Source of the DNA: Cyanidioschyzon merolae
Lineage: Eukaryota
Length of the DNA: 64,000 bases
NCBI GenBank assembly: GCA_000091205.1
Contig: AP006491.2
Direction: 5' to 3' (one strand)
Shown: positions 12,013 through 21,500 of the stretch, one piece after another
Layout of the letters: each line of letters begins with the position of its first letter
How positions within the stretch are numbered: the first letter of the stretch is position 1
The notes under the pieces: generated by a model
The model's input: the letters and a program-made list of their open reading frames with translations, nothing else
Told to the model about the DNA's origin: nothing
Database searches by the model: none
Made by a program: the position numbers and the translations under genes

Positions 12013-13941
12013 GTGTATTCAAGTGGTTATTTGCAGTTTGTATCAGAAGCGTTCAAAGAGCGATATAAAAAAATCAAAAAATGGAAAGTTTCGGAAGAGG
12101 AAGAGGAGGATCCTGGAGGCGGAGTATCACCGGCTGGCAGAAAAAAACAAAAGACAGTGCAGAGCGAAGAAGAACAGGAAAAGACGAAGAAGCAAAAAGG
12201 AGAGGCTCTACCTCAAATGCTGGAAGAAAGACGACGGTGTGACGAGATGGTAGTGAAAGCCTGTCTTCGTAAACAGAACAAAGATCCGTACAAGCAGGCG
12301 TTGCGGGAGGCCATTAGAAACCGTGTTGAGTCGTACTGTAGGAGTATTCGTAACGCTTCTTTTGGACATATGCATATAGCGAAGGAGATGTATCGTAACG
12401 TGACGCACATGGAAACAGTCGAGGTTCCGGATGAATTTTTCAACGAGAACTTATTCGTCGCTTGCTGGTTGGCACAGGGGAAGCTTCGACGAAAACAATG
12501 AGCGAGTGCATGCTCTCCACGAACATTGCGCCGAATTTCGCTTCAGCGATACTCGATACAAGGATGTCCGGCATATTTACACCTACGAGCCGATGTAGTA
12601 CCCGACGAACCTGAGGAACCATTTGACCAAGAACCTCAAACGCTTCGTGATACGCTCCATCTTTGCACTATACCCGGGCCTCTCTCGCAAAGTGATTGAG
12701 GATCATAGTCGATGGCATCGTTAACGATAGTAAGAATGAAGAGGAGAACGAATTCGTTGAGAAGAAGACATTACACAGGGGACAGAATGAAGCTTCTGGA
12801 ATCCGTGCGGCTATTCAAGAGCACCGTGTGGTCGTGGGCCTGTTCAACCCAGCAGAAATGGTATCCGATATGGAATAAGATTAAGAAAGATGCTATCCCC
12901 TAATCCTGCGGTTTTTCGTGTTTTTGGACCGAGAACTCGAACGTAAGGCGGAGATGGAGCTGGGTGTCGTAAAATGAAGAGTCGGAGAAACGGAAGGCTG
13001 CCCTAATGGGAACGCGCTTCAACGGCGTTCCATTGTGGAACATCAAGTCGCACATTGTGACCATCAACTCCAGAGTCCTTCACAGCTTAATGAAAGAGGT
13101 CACCCCAGTGTTCGATGTCCATGAGGAGGAGTTCAGCAAAGTGACAAGCCGCGGAGCGGACTTTCGAGCCTTCCGGGAATTCATGGAAGCTCAGGCTGCT
13201 CATGACTGCGAGATGTGGAAATGGTCCGGAAAGCCCCGGAGGGCCCGTCAGCATGTGAACCTGTATTGTGGCAAACAGCGTGCATTCACCAACTTCTTCA
13301 ATCAGTTGAGCGTCCTCAAGGTGGTCAAGAGTCAAAGGATTGTAATATCGTACGGAGCAGGGCGCTTTGTACCCGGAAGACGGAGCGCACCCGCTCCATC
13401 GACACGAGCGAACAAGGAGTGCGCATACCTGTTTATTCCATTTCCGATAGATGAGTTCCGAACGTCCTATGTGCACCATGAGCTGAGATGTGCATTCCAG
13501 AGAATCGAGTTGGAGAAGTGTCAGCAGAGCCCTGAGCAAATAGAAAAATACTGTGCGCTAACGGAAGTGCAAATGGAAAGGAGGGCGAAAGTTCGACGGC
13601 TACTCGCATTAGAGAGTACAATCAACGGCAAGAAACGTACGGAGTTTGTGAATCGTCAATTTCACGCTGTTATCACAATAATGAGATGTGCGGTGCTGGA
13701 GACGAGACCCGAGGAGTTGACGCGAACCATCTCTGTGGGGCAGCTCCTCAAGGTCGCATTGTACGGAGAGAAGTTGAAACCAGTAGTTGCAGGCCGGTCA
13801 AAAAAGGCTGGGAGGCGTCTGCACGTCGGTGGGAGACGTATTGTCTACGTCGGGCGGTTTGCAGCTCGCCACCACAGTACACCCGTTATGCAGCGTACGC
13901 CGACTGAAACGCAATCGCTTCTTTGTCACACAATTTTGTAA
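12013..13941 (+). mobile_element. Longest copy of a TnpB/Fanzor-like (RuvC/Zn-ribbon, OMEGA-family) element; degenerate and frameshifted, likely non-autonomous
   Basis: Adjacent same-strand ORFs 12013..12501, roughly 12600..12900 and 13006..13941 form one broken reading frame with NLS-like K/R tracts. The C-terminal part reads RIVISYGAGRF ... FIPFPIDEFRTSYVHHELRC ... NRQFHAVITI. Compare TnpB/Fanzor ...vDP.YTSq.Cs.CG... and RuvC-III hRD.NAA.NI. The Cys to His and Asp to Gln substitutions suggest an inactivated copy. The paralogue at 34658..34891 retains RDFDAAFNV. Confidence 0.45.
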
Positions 13942-14429
13942 GCATAAAGTTGAAATCGCTCCTTGAAGCATGCACTCGTGCACTCTGAATTTTGGGTATT
14001 GCCCCAGCGTTATCAAAATTGCCCCTTGGTGGATGGTTTTGCAGCTGCCTCCTTTTCTCTCCATCATCTCCGCGTTTGAAAACGTCGGTCTCTCGAGTCC
14101 CTACAGCTCTGCGGTCCGCAATCAAAGGTTCTTGATGGCAGCGTGCAAGTCCTTATTTCCCAGCTTCCAGGTGCAATCGACACCTTCTATTCACAGGCGA
14201 AAGTTGCGATACACGCATCGCTTGACATTTTCATTCGTTTTTTTGGACAGGTTCGGTGCTTCCTACGCAGCGGTGACATTAGAATGCTATCGGATGCTCC
14301 TACGCGTCCACCAATTTTCCTCATGCTCTGACCACCGACCTATGGCGCGTAAAGACTTGAGTCATCGCTCGGCACATACCATGGACGGCTAGACAAGGCG
14401 ATTCGCCTCGCGCTCCTCTGATTCCGAGC

Positions 14430-14850
14430 CCCGTGTTGTACGCTACGATGACGGGGTTCTTCCGGGCGATCCCTTCGGAGACTACTTTGTCCAGTGCACA
14501 CGCGAGCGTATGCTGTCCTCTTCAAGGGCGTATTTGTAGAACGCAATGCTGTTCACGATGGAACGAGTACCGGAAGCGAAAAATTCAGACTGTAGAAAAA
14601 CGTGACCCAAGAACTTCGATCCTGCTGCGTGCCCTTTGTGCAAAAGCGACGGTGCGCCCTCCAATGGAATCCATCTCGACGATGACTCAGGCCCGAGTCC
14701 GAGACTCTTTTCCATCGAATCACAAGAACTGGGAGCCCCTGTGACCATATCCCGTGATACACGTCATGCTCGTGTCGATTACCATGTCGTCGAGGGCTAC
14801 AAAGAGAAGAAGCATCAAATTTCGAACAGAGTCGATTATATGACGTGAGC
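14430..14850 (+). repeat. Fragment of repeat family C, about 640 bp 5' of MetRS
   Basis: Nucleotide-level homology of 14500..14720 to 7830..8050 (gtagaacgcaatgctgttcacgatggaacgagtaccggaagc vs gtggaacgcaatgttgtccttgatgaaacaagtaccgagaagc ; cccgagtccgagactcttttc vs tccgagtccgagacgctctttt). Residues 14433.. match the 3235..3456 copy. Confidence 0.4.
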
Positions 14851-15490
14851 CATTCACTTTTCGTTAGGCCTGAGCCCCCAGAGAGGCTTCCAAGGTTCGA
14901 AGCCGATCATGCGTCCGCGTCAACCCAGCGGAACGGAATCCTGGTCCCAGACGGTGCTCTGAACGAGAAAGAGTGAAAATTTGACGAGTGCATGATTGGT
15001 GGACGGTGCGCGTAAGGAGATATGTGTAGTCGTCTTCGCATGTAATGGATCATGATTCCTGATATTTTACGATTCCGTGTTCGTGGGCGTCGCGAGACAT
15101 CCTGATTCCGCAGACGTAACGCACTCCAGCGGCAACGCGTCGAATGACCCATTCCGATACGACGACAGCGCTTCTCCAAACGACGTATGATTCCATAATC
15201 CCTTCTCGCCGCACTTCGAATGTGGCGTCTGTGCGCCTAACCGATTTCGGAAATTATCGACAGACCGGAGCAAAGCGAGCAGTTCAGTGTCCCATTCTCA
15301 TTGGACCCGGGCCTCGGCACCGTCGACAAACAGTATGACGCAACCTCGTATGGACGTCGCCCGGCTCATGCCGCAACGCGACGATCGATCAAGGCCGTGG
15401 TCTGGACGATCGTTTGCGTCTGCAGCCTGCCGTAGTTTGTTTGTTTGTTTTGTACTTCCACAGGCGACGTGACCTTGTGCTTCGCGGTAC

Positions 15491-17959
15491 ATGTCTGCTG
15501 AGAGCGACCTGGCTGATGATTTGGACCGGCAGGCCTCATTGACGTCATCGAGGACGAAGAAGATACCCATTCAAGGAACTCGAAACGTCCTCGTTACGTC
15601 CGCGTTACCGTACGTCAACAACGTGCCGCACCTGGGAAACCTCATCGGTGCTGTGCTCTCCGCTGACGTCTACGCGCGCTACCTACGTCAGTGTGGAGTC
15701 AATGTGCTCTACATCTGTGGCACTGATGAGTACGGCACCGCCACAGAAACAAAAGCGAGAGAGGAAGGCGTATCGCCAAAGGCGCTTTGTGACAAGTACC
15801 ACGAACTGCACCGACACATCTACCAGTGGTTCGACATACGCTTTGATCACTTTGGACGAACATCTATCCCTCAGCAGACAGCCATCTGTCAGGAGATATT
15901 CTGGGATGTGTACAGAAACGGCTTCGTCGTCGAGGACACCGTCGAACAGCTCTACGACGCGGAGGCGGGTATGTTCCTCGCAGACCGCTATGTGCGGGGC
16001 ACGTGCCCGCACTGCGGCTACGCTGAGGCGCAAGGAGACCAGTGTGACGCGTGCGGGAACCTTCTGAACCCGACGGAACTGTTGGATCCTCGTTCCGCAC
16101 TGACCGGAAGCGTCCCAGTGCGCCGCACGTCCCGCCACCTTTTCCTGGACCTTCCGCGGCTGCGTGACGAACTGGAGGCGTGGATTGAGCGCTCTGCAGC
16201 TCGGGGGCAATGGAGCGAAAATGCCCTCACGATGACGCGGAGTTGGTTGCGTGATGGTCTCAAAAAAAGATGTATCACAAGGGATCTGCGTTGGGGCGTT
16301 CCAGTTCCACTAGATGGATTCCAAGACAAAGTTTTCTACGTCTGGTTCGATGCTCCGATTGGCTACCTGAGCATCACTTCGGACTACATGGGCGACAACG
16401 AGAGCTGGCGCTGCTGGTGGCAGCAGCCAGACGATGTTGAACTCATTCAGTTCATGGGCAAGGACAATACACCATTCCATACGATCATTTTCCCGGGAAC
16501 GCTACTCGCTACCCGGCGTCCGTTCACCATGCTTTGTCGCTTATCGACGACAGAATATCTGAACTATGAGAGCGGTAAGTTCAGCAAAAGCCGCGGTACT
16601 GGCGTCTTTGGTGACAGCGCATCCGAGACGGGTATACCCGCTTATGTGTGGCGTTATTATTTGGTGGCAAATCGACCAGAGCAAGCAGATTCTGTCTTTA
16701 CATGGACCGATCTGGCTGCAAAGAATAACAACGAATTGCTTGCGAACATTGGCAACGTCGTCAGCCGCGTGGTTGCTTTTGTTCAGAACCAAATGGGAGG
16801 CGTGCTGCCGGCGCTCGCGGACGCCTGGTCACCAGCGCCGCTCGATGAACGCTTGTTCGAGCAGGTTACGGCGGAGTTGCAGGTTTTTCATCAGGCAATG
16901 GCGAATATCGGCTTGAAGGCAGCGCTGCGCTCGAGCATGTCCATCGGAAGACTCGCGAATCAGTACTTGCAGGAAACAAAGCCGTGGGACCTCTTCAAAC
17001 AGGACTCGAAACGCGCAGACGGTGTTCGTGTTCTCGTCATCGCGAGTGCAGTTATCCGCTTGCTGGCTGTGACCCTCGAGCCGTTCCTGGGGTCGGGCTT
17101 CGCGAGGCTGGTTTTCCAACAAATCGGTGTACCCCATGCCGATGAGACAAATCGAATTCCGCAGCGTTTCGATCGATCGCAGCTTCAGGAATGGAACTAT
17201 GGCACCGAATCATTTGCGTTTGGCAAACCACAGCACCTGTTCACGAAGCTGGAACCCAGCTTCATAGAAGAGCTCCGTCGCCATTTCGCGGGACATGTTT
17301 CTGCCAACGAAGGCTCGGCATCGAGTGGTGTGGCATCTTCCGACAGCGAGCTACCTCTGGAACTTCGTCTCGGACGGATTATGCAGTGCAACAAGACAGC
17401 GCAGTCCGATCAATTGTATCAGTTGGTGCTGGATCTAGGCCCCGAGGAGGGATCTCGCCAAGCAGCGGCAAATCTCGGACATGCGTTTCCGATGACCAGC
17501 GACTTGCTCGGCCGCTTCGTTGTCGTATGCTGTAATGTGGAGCGCGCGGTGCTAGGCGGTGTGCAAAGCGAGGCTATGGTGCTCGTTGCAGAGAAGAAGG
17601 CGCGCACAGCGCTCCTAACAGTGCGCCACGCGAATGAGGCTATGCTAGGGGCAAGACTGCTCCCATGGTCAGCGTCTGAATCAGGAAATCCGCACACGGC
17701 ACTGATGAACGCAGCTCCGCTGTCACCCCTGGATCGGAAGGGTCTCCAGAGCCGTCTGAAGGAACTTCGTGTTCGCGACGACGGTGTCGTGATTTGGAAG
17801 CAAAACAAGCCGCTGGCAGCTGTCGTCCGAGATCCCGATGATCCACGTCCTCTTGGAACATCTAGCGACCCCGCGATGAAGCCGTCTACCGCATGGGTCG
17901 TAGTTAGCGCCGAAGCATCCCTGGATGTAGGATTCTGGAATAACGCACGTGTACGGTAG
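15491..17959 (+). CDS. MARS: Methionine--tRNA ligase (cytosolic type) with a C-terminal EMAP-II/Arc1p-like tRNA-binding domain
   Basis: HIGH-region LPYVNNVPHLGNLIG and KMSKS-equivalent KFSKSRG are present, together with the zinc knuckle CPHCGYAEAQGDQCDACG. The C-terminus LELRLGRIMQCNKTAQSDQLYQLVLDLGPEE...VVVCCNV is tRNA-binding-domain-like. The ORF is 822 aa with no interruption. Confidence 0.9.
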   Translation: MSAESDLADDLDRQASLTSSRTKKIPIQGTRNVLVTSALPYVNNVPHLGNLIGAVLSADVYARYLRQCGVNVLYICGTDEYGTATETKAREEGVSPKALCDKYHELHRHIYQWFDIRFDHFGRTSIPQQTAICQEIFWDVYRNGFVVEDTVEQLYDAEAGMFLADRYVRGTCPHCGYAEAQGDQCDACGNLLNPTELLDPRSALTGSVPVRRTSRHLFLDLPRLRDELEAWIERSAARGQWSENALTMTRSWLRDGLKKRCITRDLRWGVPVPLDGFQDKVFYVWFDAPIGYLSITSDYMGDNESWRCWWQQPDDVELIQFMGKDNTPFHTIIFPGTLLATRRPFTMLCRLSTTEYLNYESGKFSKSRGTGVFGDSASETGIPAYVWRYYLVANRPEQADSVFTWTDLAAKNNNELLANIGNVVSRVVAFVQNQMGGVLPALADAWSPAPLDERLFEQVTAELQVFHQAMANIGLKAALRSSMSIGRLANQYLQETKPWDLFKQDSKRADGVRVLVIASAVIRLLAVTLEPFLGSGFARLVFQQIGVPHADETNRIPQRFDRSQLQEWNYGTESFAFGKPQHLFTKLEPSFIEELRRHFAGHVSANEGSASSGVASSDSELPLELRLGRIMQCNKTAQSDQLYQLVLDLGPEEGSRQAAANLGHAFPMTSDLLGRFVVVCCNVERAVLGGVQSEAMVLVAEKKARTALLTVRHANEAMLGARLLPWSASESGNPHTALMNAAPLSPLDRKGLQSRLKELRVRDDGVVIWKQNKPLAAVVRDPDDPRPLGTSSDPAMKPSTAWVVVSAEASLDVGFWNNARVR

Positions 17960-19699
17960 CGCCGTTCGCATTCGATGATCGACGAGCTGCTACCTACCTT
18001 AGGATACCTAAACACCGCACTATTCAATCTCGCCCCGAGGATGGAATGTTCGAAGCGATCGAGCAAGAGCTGTTGACCCGGGCTCTGCAGCCTGAACACA
18101 AGTATGTGGACTAGAGCATGCGCTCTTCCATCTGTTGAAGTCGTCCATCATCGCGGATACTACAATTCTGTTGTTCGACTCGCTCCTGAACAGGACTGGC
18201 TATTCACATGGCAATCAATGGAAAAGCGGAGACCGACACTATCAAGAGCGGCTTGAGTCGTGCCCGGCATTCACCCGTTACGAGCACGATGCGACGCATG
18301 CGCGTCTGGCGAGGCCTCTACCAAGCGCGCACTGCAGACGGAACGCACTGCACGGGAGCCTGTCCACGCAGGGCGACGTTTTCGGTGGTGCACGTCGTTC
18401 TACCAGGCCCCTGAGCGCGCTTCGAACGATGTCGCCCTCCAAGATCCGCAGGATGCCGAGCGACTTGACCCGCGCGTACTGAGGTAAACGACGCGGTCCT
18501 AGACTGTAGCAGGTATCCGCGAATCACGCAAGCCTAAAACGCCAGTGCTGTAACTGCCGAGACTTTCCAGACGCATGTACGGATGAGCAAACTCGTTCAT
18601 CAAGTAGGACAGGGCCCAAAGATGCCAGCATTTGCACCAATCCAACATGTACGCGGTGTGCCGCTAGCCTCGAGTGCGTCCTCTCCGTCTGCTACGATGC
18701 GGTCGCTATGATTGTACAAAGGGTGTGCGCGGCTCTGCATGAGCATGCTTCCGCGACGACATATGATGACATTCATGAATCGTAGGCTGTTGGAATCTGA
18801 ACACAAGTGAAGAAAGGATAGACACTCTCCTGGATGCCGATTTTCATCCCGGAATCTCCGATCCCTGGTCAGTGTCGATGCAATACCCATCAAAACAATG
18901 ACTGGTGTGTGCGCGTACATCCGTAAACGTGCATGCTTCTATGCACTGGGAGCTCGCCTATATCCAGGTCACATGAACACGGAATACTGAACTGCTCGCG
19001 CTGTTACACCCTCGATATTGTTTCCGAAACTGTTATAGATGTCCCGACTCGACACACGAATTGCAGCAGTGGGGATTGCGGATGCCTAGGGCATTGCAGG
19101 ATTCCGGGCCTTGCTTCCCGAGTCGATCCTTTGACGCCCTGCCGCTGGAATTTCGTACGGTCATCGGAATCAAGATGACTCGCGTCGTCCGCGAACAAGG
19201 ATGCGTCAACGAAGAGAGTTCATGTTCAAATGCATATGTGCCAGCCTGAACGCCTCTCCATGCCTCATGTGTATCGTGGCTAGTTCATACAATTTTCAAG
19301 TTATCGGTTTTTCTGTTTCACGGCAACTTGTGGACACAGCAACGCTCACCGCTGGATTGAAGAGGAAAGCATGCGGCATCGTCACTTAAAGTCGTGTTCA
19401 CACGCGCACGACGAAATTTCACGGATCTCTTCGTGTCAACCGAGAATCCATTTCGATCGAAGGACAGCGTGTACCCGATTGTGGCCGTCGGAACCAACGG
19501 CATTCGACAGTAGCATGATGCCTCTCACTAGATATGCTACCAGAAGCGCTGGGCCCCTCTGGTTCCATGGAAAACCGTCTTGCACTAGAGTCATCGCAAC
19601 GATCTCTTCCAGCGGGGAGTGTGTCATTACGCTCTACGAAGATGCGTAGAAGGATCGATATTTCTCGATCTGATCCCCTGTCTGAATTCTTCTTCCGGG

Positions 19700-20400
19700 G
19701 CATGTTTCTTCATCATCAACGTTGCGCTCCATAACTCGGTTGCGTGTAACAACGTGCGATTGTGCGTACACCGGACAGAGCGCTTGTCGAGAGGATCACC
19801 CACGAGAAGAAGCTACGGATCGTATGGTACGGAACCGACCGTGGAAACGGTTGCGCGCATCGGCTGGAGTCATCTGCTCCCGTCACGGGCAGGCACCGTG
19901 CGATGACGCAAGCGTTCACGCGCCACAGCGTATTCCGCAGCTGAAGAATCGTTGTGGATATCTGGGAATCCCTGATCCTAGCCATGTGTCACGGTTGCGA
20001 AACGCACACCGATGCTGTCTACAAACAAGACGGAAATGGCAAGCGCAGCGTAGATCGCAACTTTTGCACCCACGTAATATGCATATACAACATCGGGAAC
20101 TATCGAAATCAGGAACCTAACGCTGCTGTCGATGTTCTTCAACTGCTGACAACACAGCTGGAGGGAATCGAGAAACGCCCGTCTGGAAAGCCAGAGATAA
20201 GAGACAGGAAAAGCAAGCAGTTCCATGCAGAGTTTGAAAAACACTGGTATTGAGTACCAGAAAAAAGAAACCCAAAGGTTGAAGTTCATGCCCGAGTTAC
20301 ACAAGTAGACCTGTTCTATTTGATGCTCACATCGCTAGCAGACTGCGCTGATCCAAGTCGCGTGAAACGCTGCTTCGCGCGCACACATCGTCGATTCGAT
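19700..20400 (+). mobile_element. Copy of repeat family C retaining a Zn-ribbon plus RuvC-III-like block (TnpB/Fanzor-like C-terminus), about 250 bp 5' of NDUFS7
   Basis: ORF 19954..20253 reads AMCHGCETHTDAVYKQDGNGKRSVDRNFCTHVICIYNIGNYRNQEPNAAVDVLQLL...LEGIEKRP. This is CxxC-(22)-C(x)4C followed 12 aa later by NAAvDvL. The upstream ORF 19762..19944 reads RIVWYGTDRGNG, which parallels RIVISYGAGRF in 13006..13941. The tail LEGIEKRP parallels LEKRPEEL in the 34658 copy. Confidence 0.45.
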
Positions 20401-20497
20401 GTTTCGCAACGATTCACAGCGTAAACAATTTCTTCTGTTGCCGCTACTGTTGAACGTTTCTGCACGGTAGACGCTGGTGCCTGCCCAGTCTTGAGAT

Positions 20498-21190
20498 ATG
20501 AGTCAGGTGTTCATCCTGAAGCGTGTTTTCAGTCGGTGTACGAGACCGCTTCTACCAGTGGTAGAACGAAACAGCGGAGCAGCGAGCTGCTTCGTCACTG
20601 GGTACCACGGGGCTGCGCTCTCGACGCAAGCGGACACGGTTCCGAGCGTGCGCCCCGGCACCGCTCCGCGGGTGCTCAAGTCGTCTGCTCCATCGCTGCC
20701 GGTGGGCATGCACCCGGAAGGAAAGTTAGAGTATGCCGTATCGAAGCTGGACGACTTGGTGAACTGGGCGAGGCGGAGCTCGGCGTGGCCGATGACGTTT
20801 GGTCTCGCGTGCTGCGCAGTCGAGATGATGCACGCAGCTGCCGCGCGCTACGACTTTGATCGATTCGGCATCATCTTTCGACCATCACCGCGGCAGAGTG
20901 ATGTTATGATCGTGGCCGGGACTTTGACGAATAAAATGGCACCAGCTTTACGGAAAGTGTATGATCAAATGTCGGAGCCGCGCTGGGTCATCAGCATGGG
21001 GTCTTGCGCGAACGGCGGTGGCTACTACCACTACAGTTACTCGGTGGTGCGCGGTTGCGATCGAATCGTCCCCGTTGACATATATGTACCGGGTTGTCCG
21101 CCGACTGCGGAGGCCTTGGTCTACGGTGTATTACAGTTACAGAAGAAGATGAAACGCCAACAGACTTTGCTCGCTTGGATGAAGAAGTGA
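20498..21190 (+). CDS. NDUFS7: NADH:ubiquinone oxidoreductase (complex I) 20 kDa PSST subunit / NuoB homologue, with an N-terminal presequence
   Basis: [107 protein letters not shown] is the diagnostic PSST/NuoB core with the Fe-S cysteines. About 70 aa of S/R/A-rich leader precedes it. Confidence 0.9.
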   Translation: MSQVFILKRVFSRCTRPLLPVVERNSGAASCFVTGYHGAALSTQADTVPSVRPGTAPRVLKSSAPSLPVGMHPEGKLEYAVSKLDDLVNWARRSSAWPMTFGLACCAVEMMHAAAARYDFDRFGIIFRPSPRQSDVMIVAGTLTNKMAPALRKVYDQMSEPRWVISMGSCANGGGYYHYSYSVVRGCDRIVPVDIYVPGCPPTAEALVYGVLQLQKKMKRQQTLLAWMKK

Positions 21191-21442
21191 GCATATCCGC
21201 GCAGCGCATGCAGGATGAAGAGACCGTTTCTTTCCCAAAAGCAAATGCGTGCAGGCAGCTTTTGACGGCAAGGTATGCGACATGAGGCTGTGAATGATCC
21301 CCGCGACCAGGGTTATGGAGATGAGCGACCCGCCGGCGCCTCGAACCTGTGCACAGCACCTCTCGTAGAAGCAGGGGGTGTTCCGGCCCGACCGTGGAGT
21401 CGATGAACGCAGTCTGGTGACTGGCATGCCCAGAGCAGGACG

Positions 21443-21500
21443 TTCTAGAGTACCTGTACCAGCACGCCCGTTTTGGTTTTGTTCGTTTTCCTGGCAGGAG
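21443..21500 (+). repeat. Copy 2 of the conserved 58-nt motif, about 250 bp 3' of NDUFS7
   Basis: ttctagagtAcctgtaccagcacgcccgTtttggttttgttCgttttcctggcaggag. It matches 6305..6362 at 55 of 58 positions. Confidence 0.5.
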
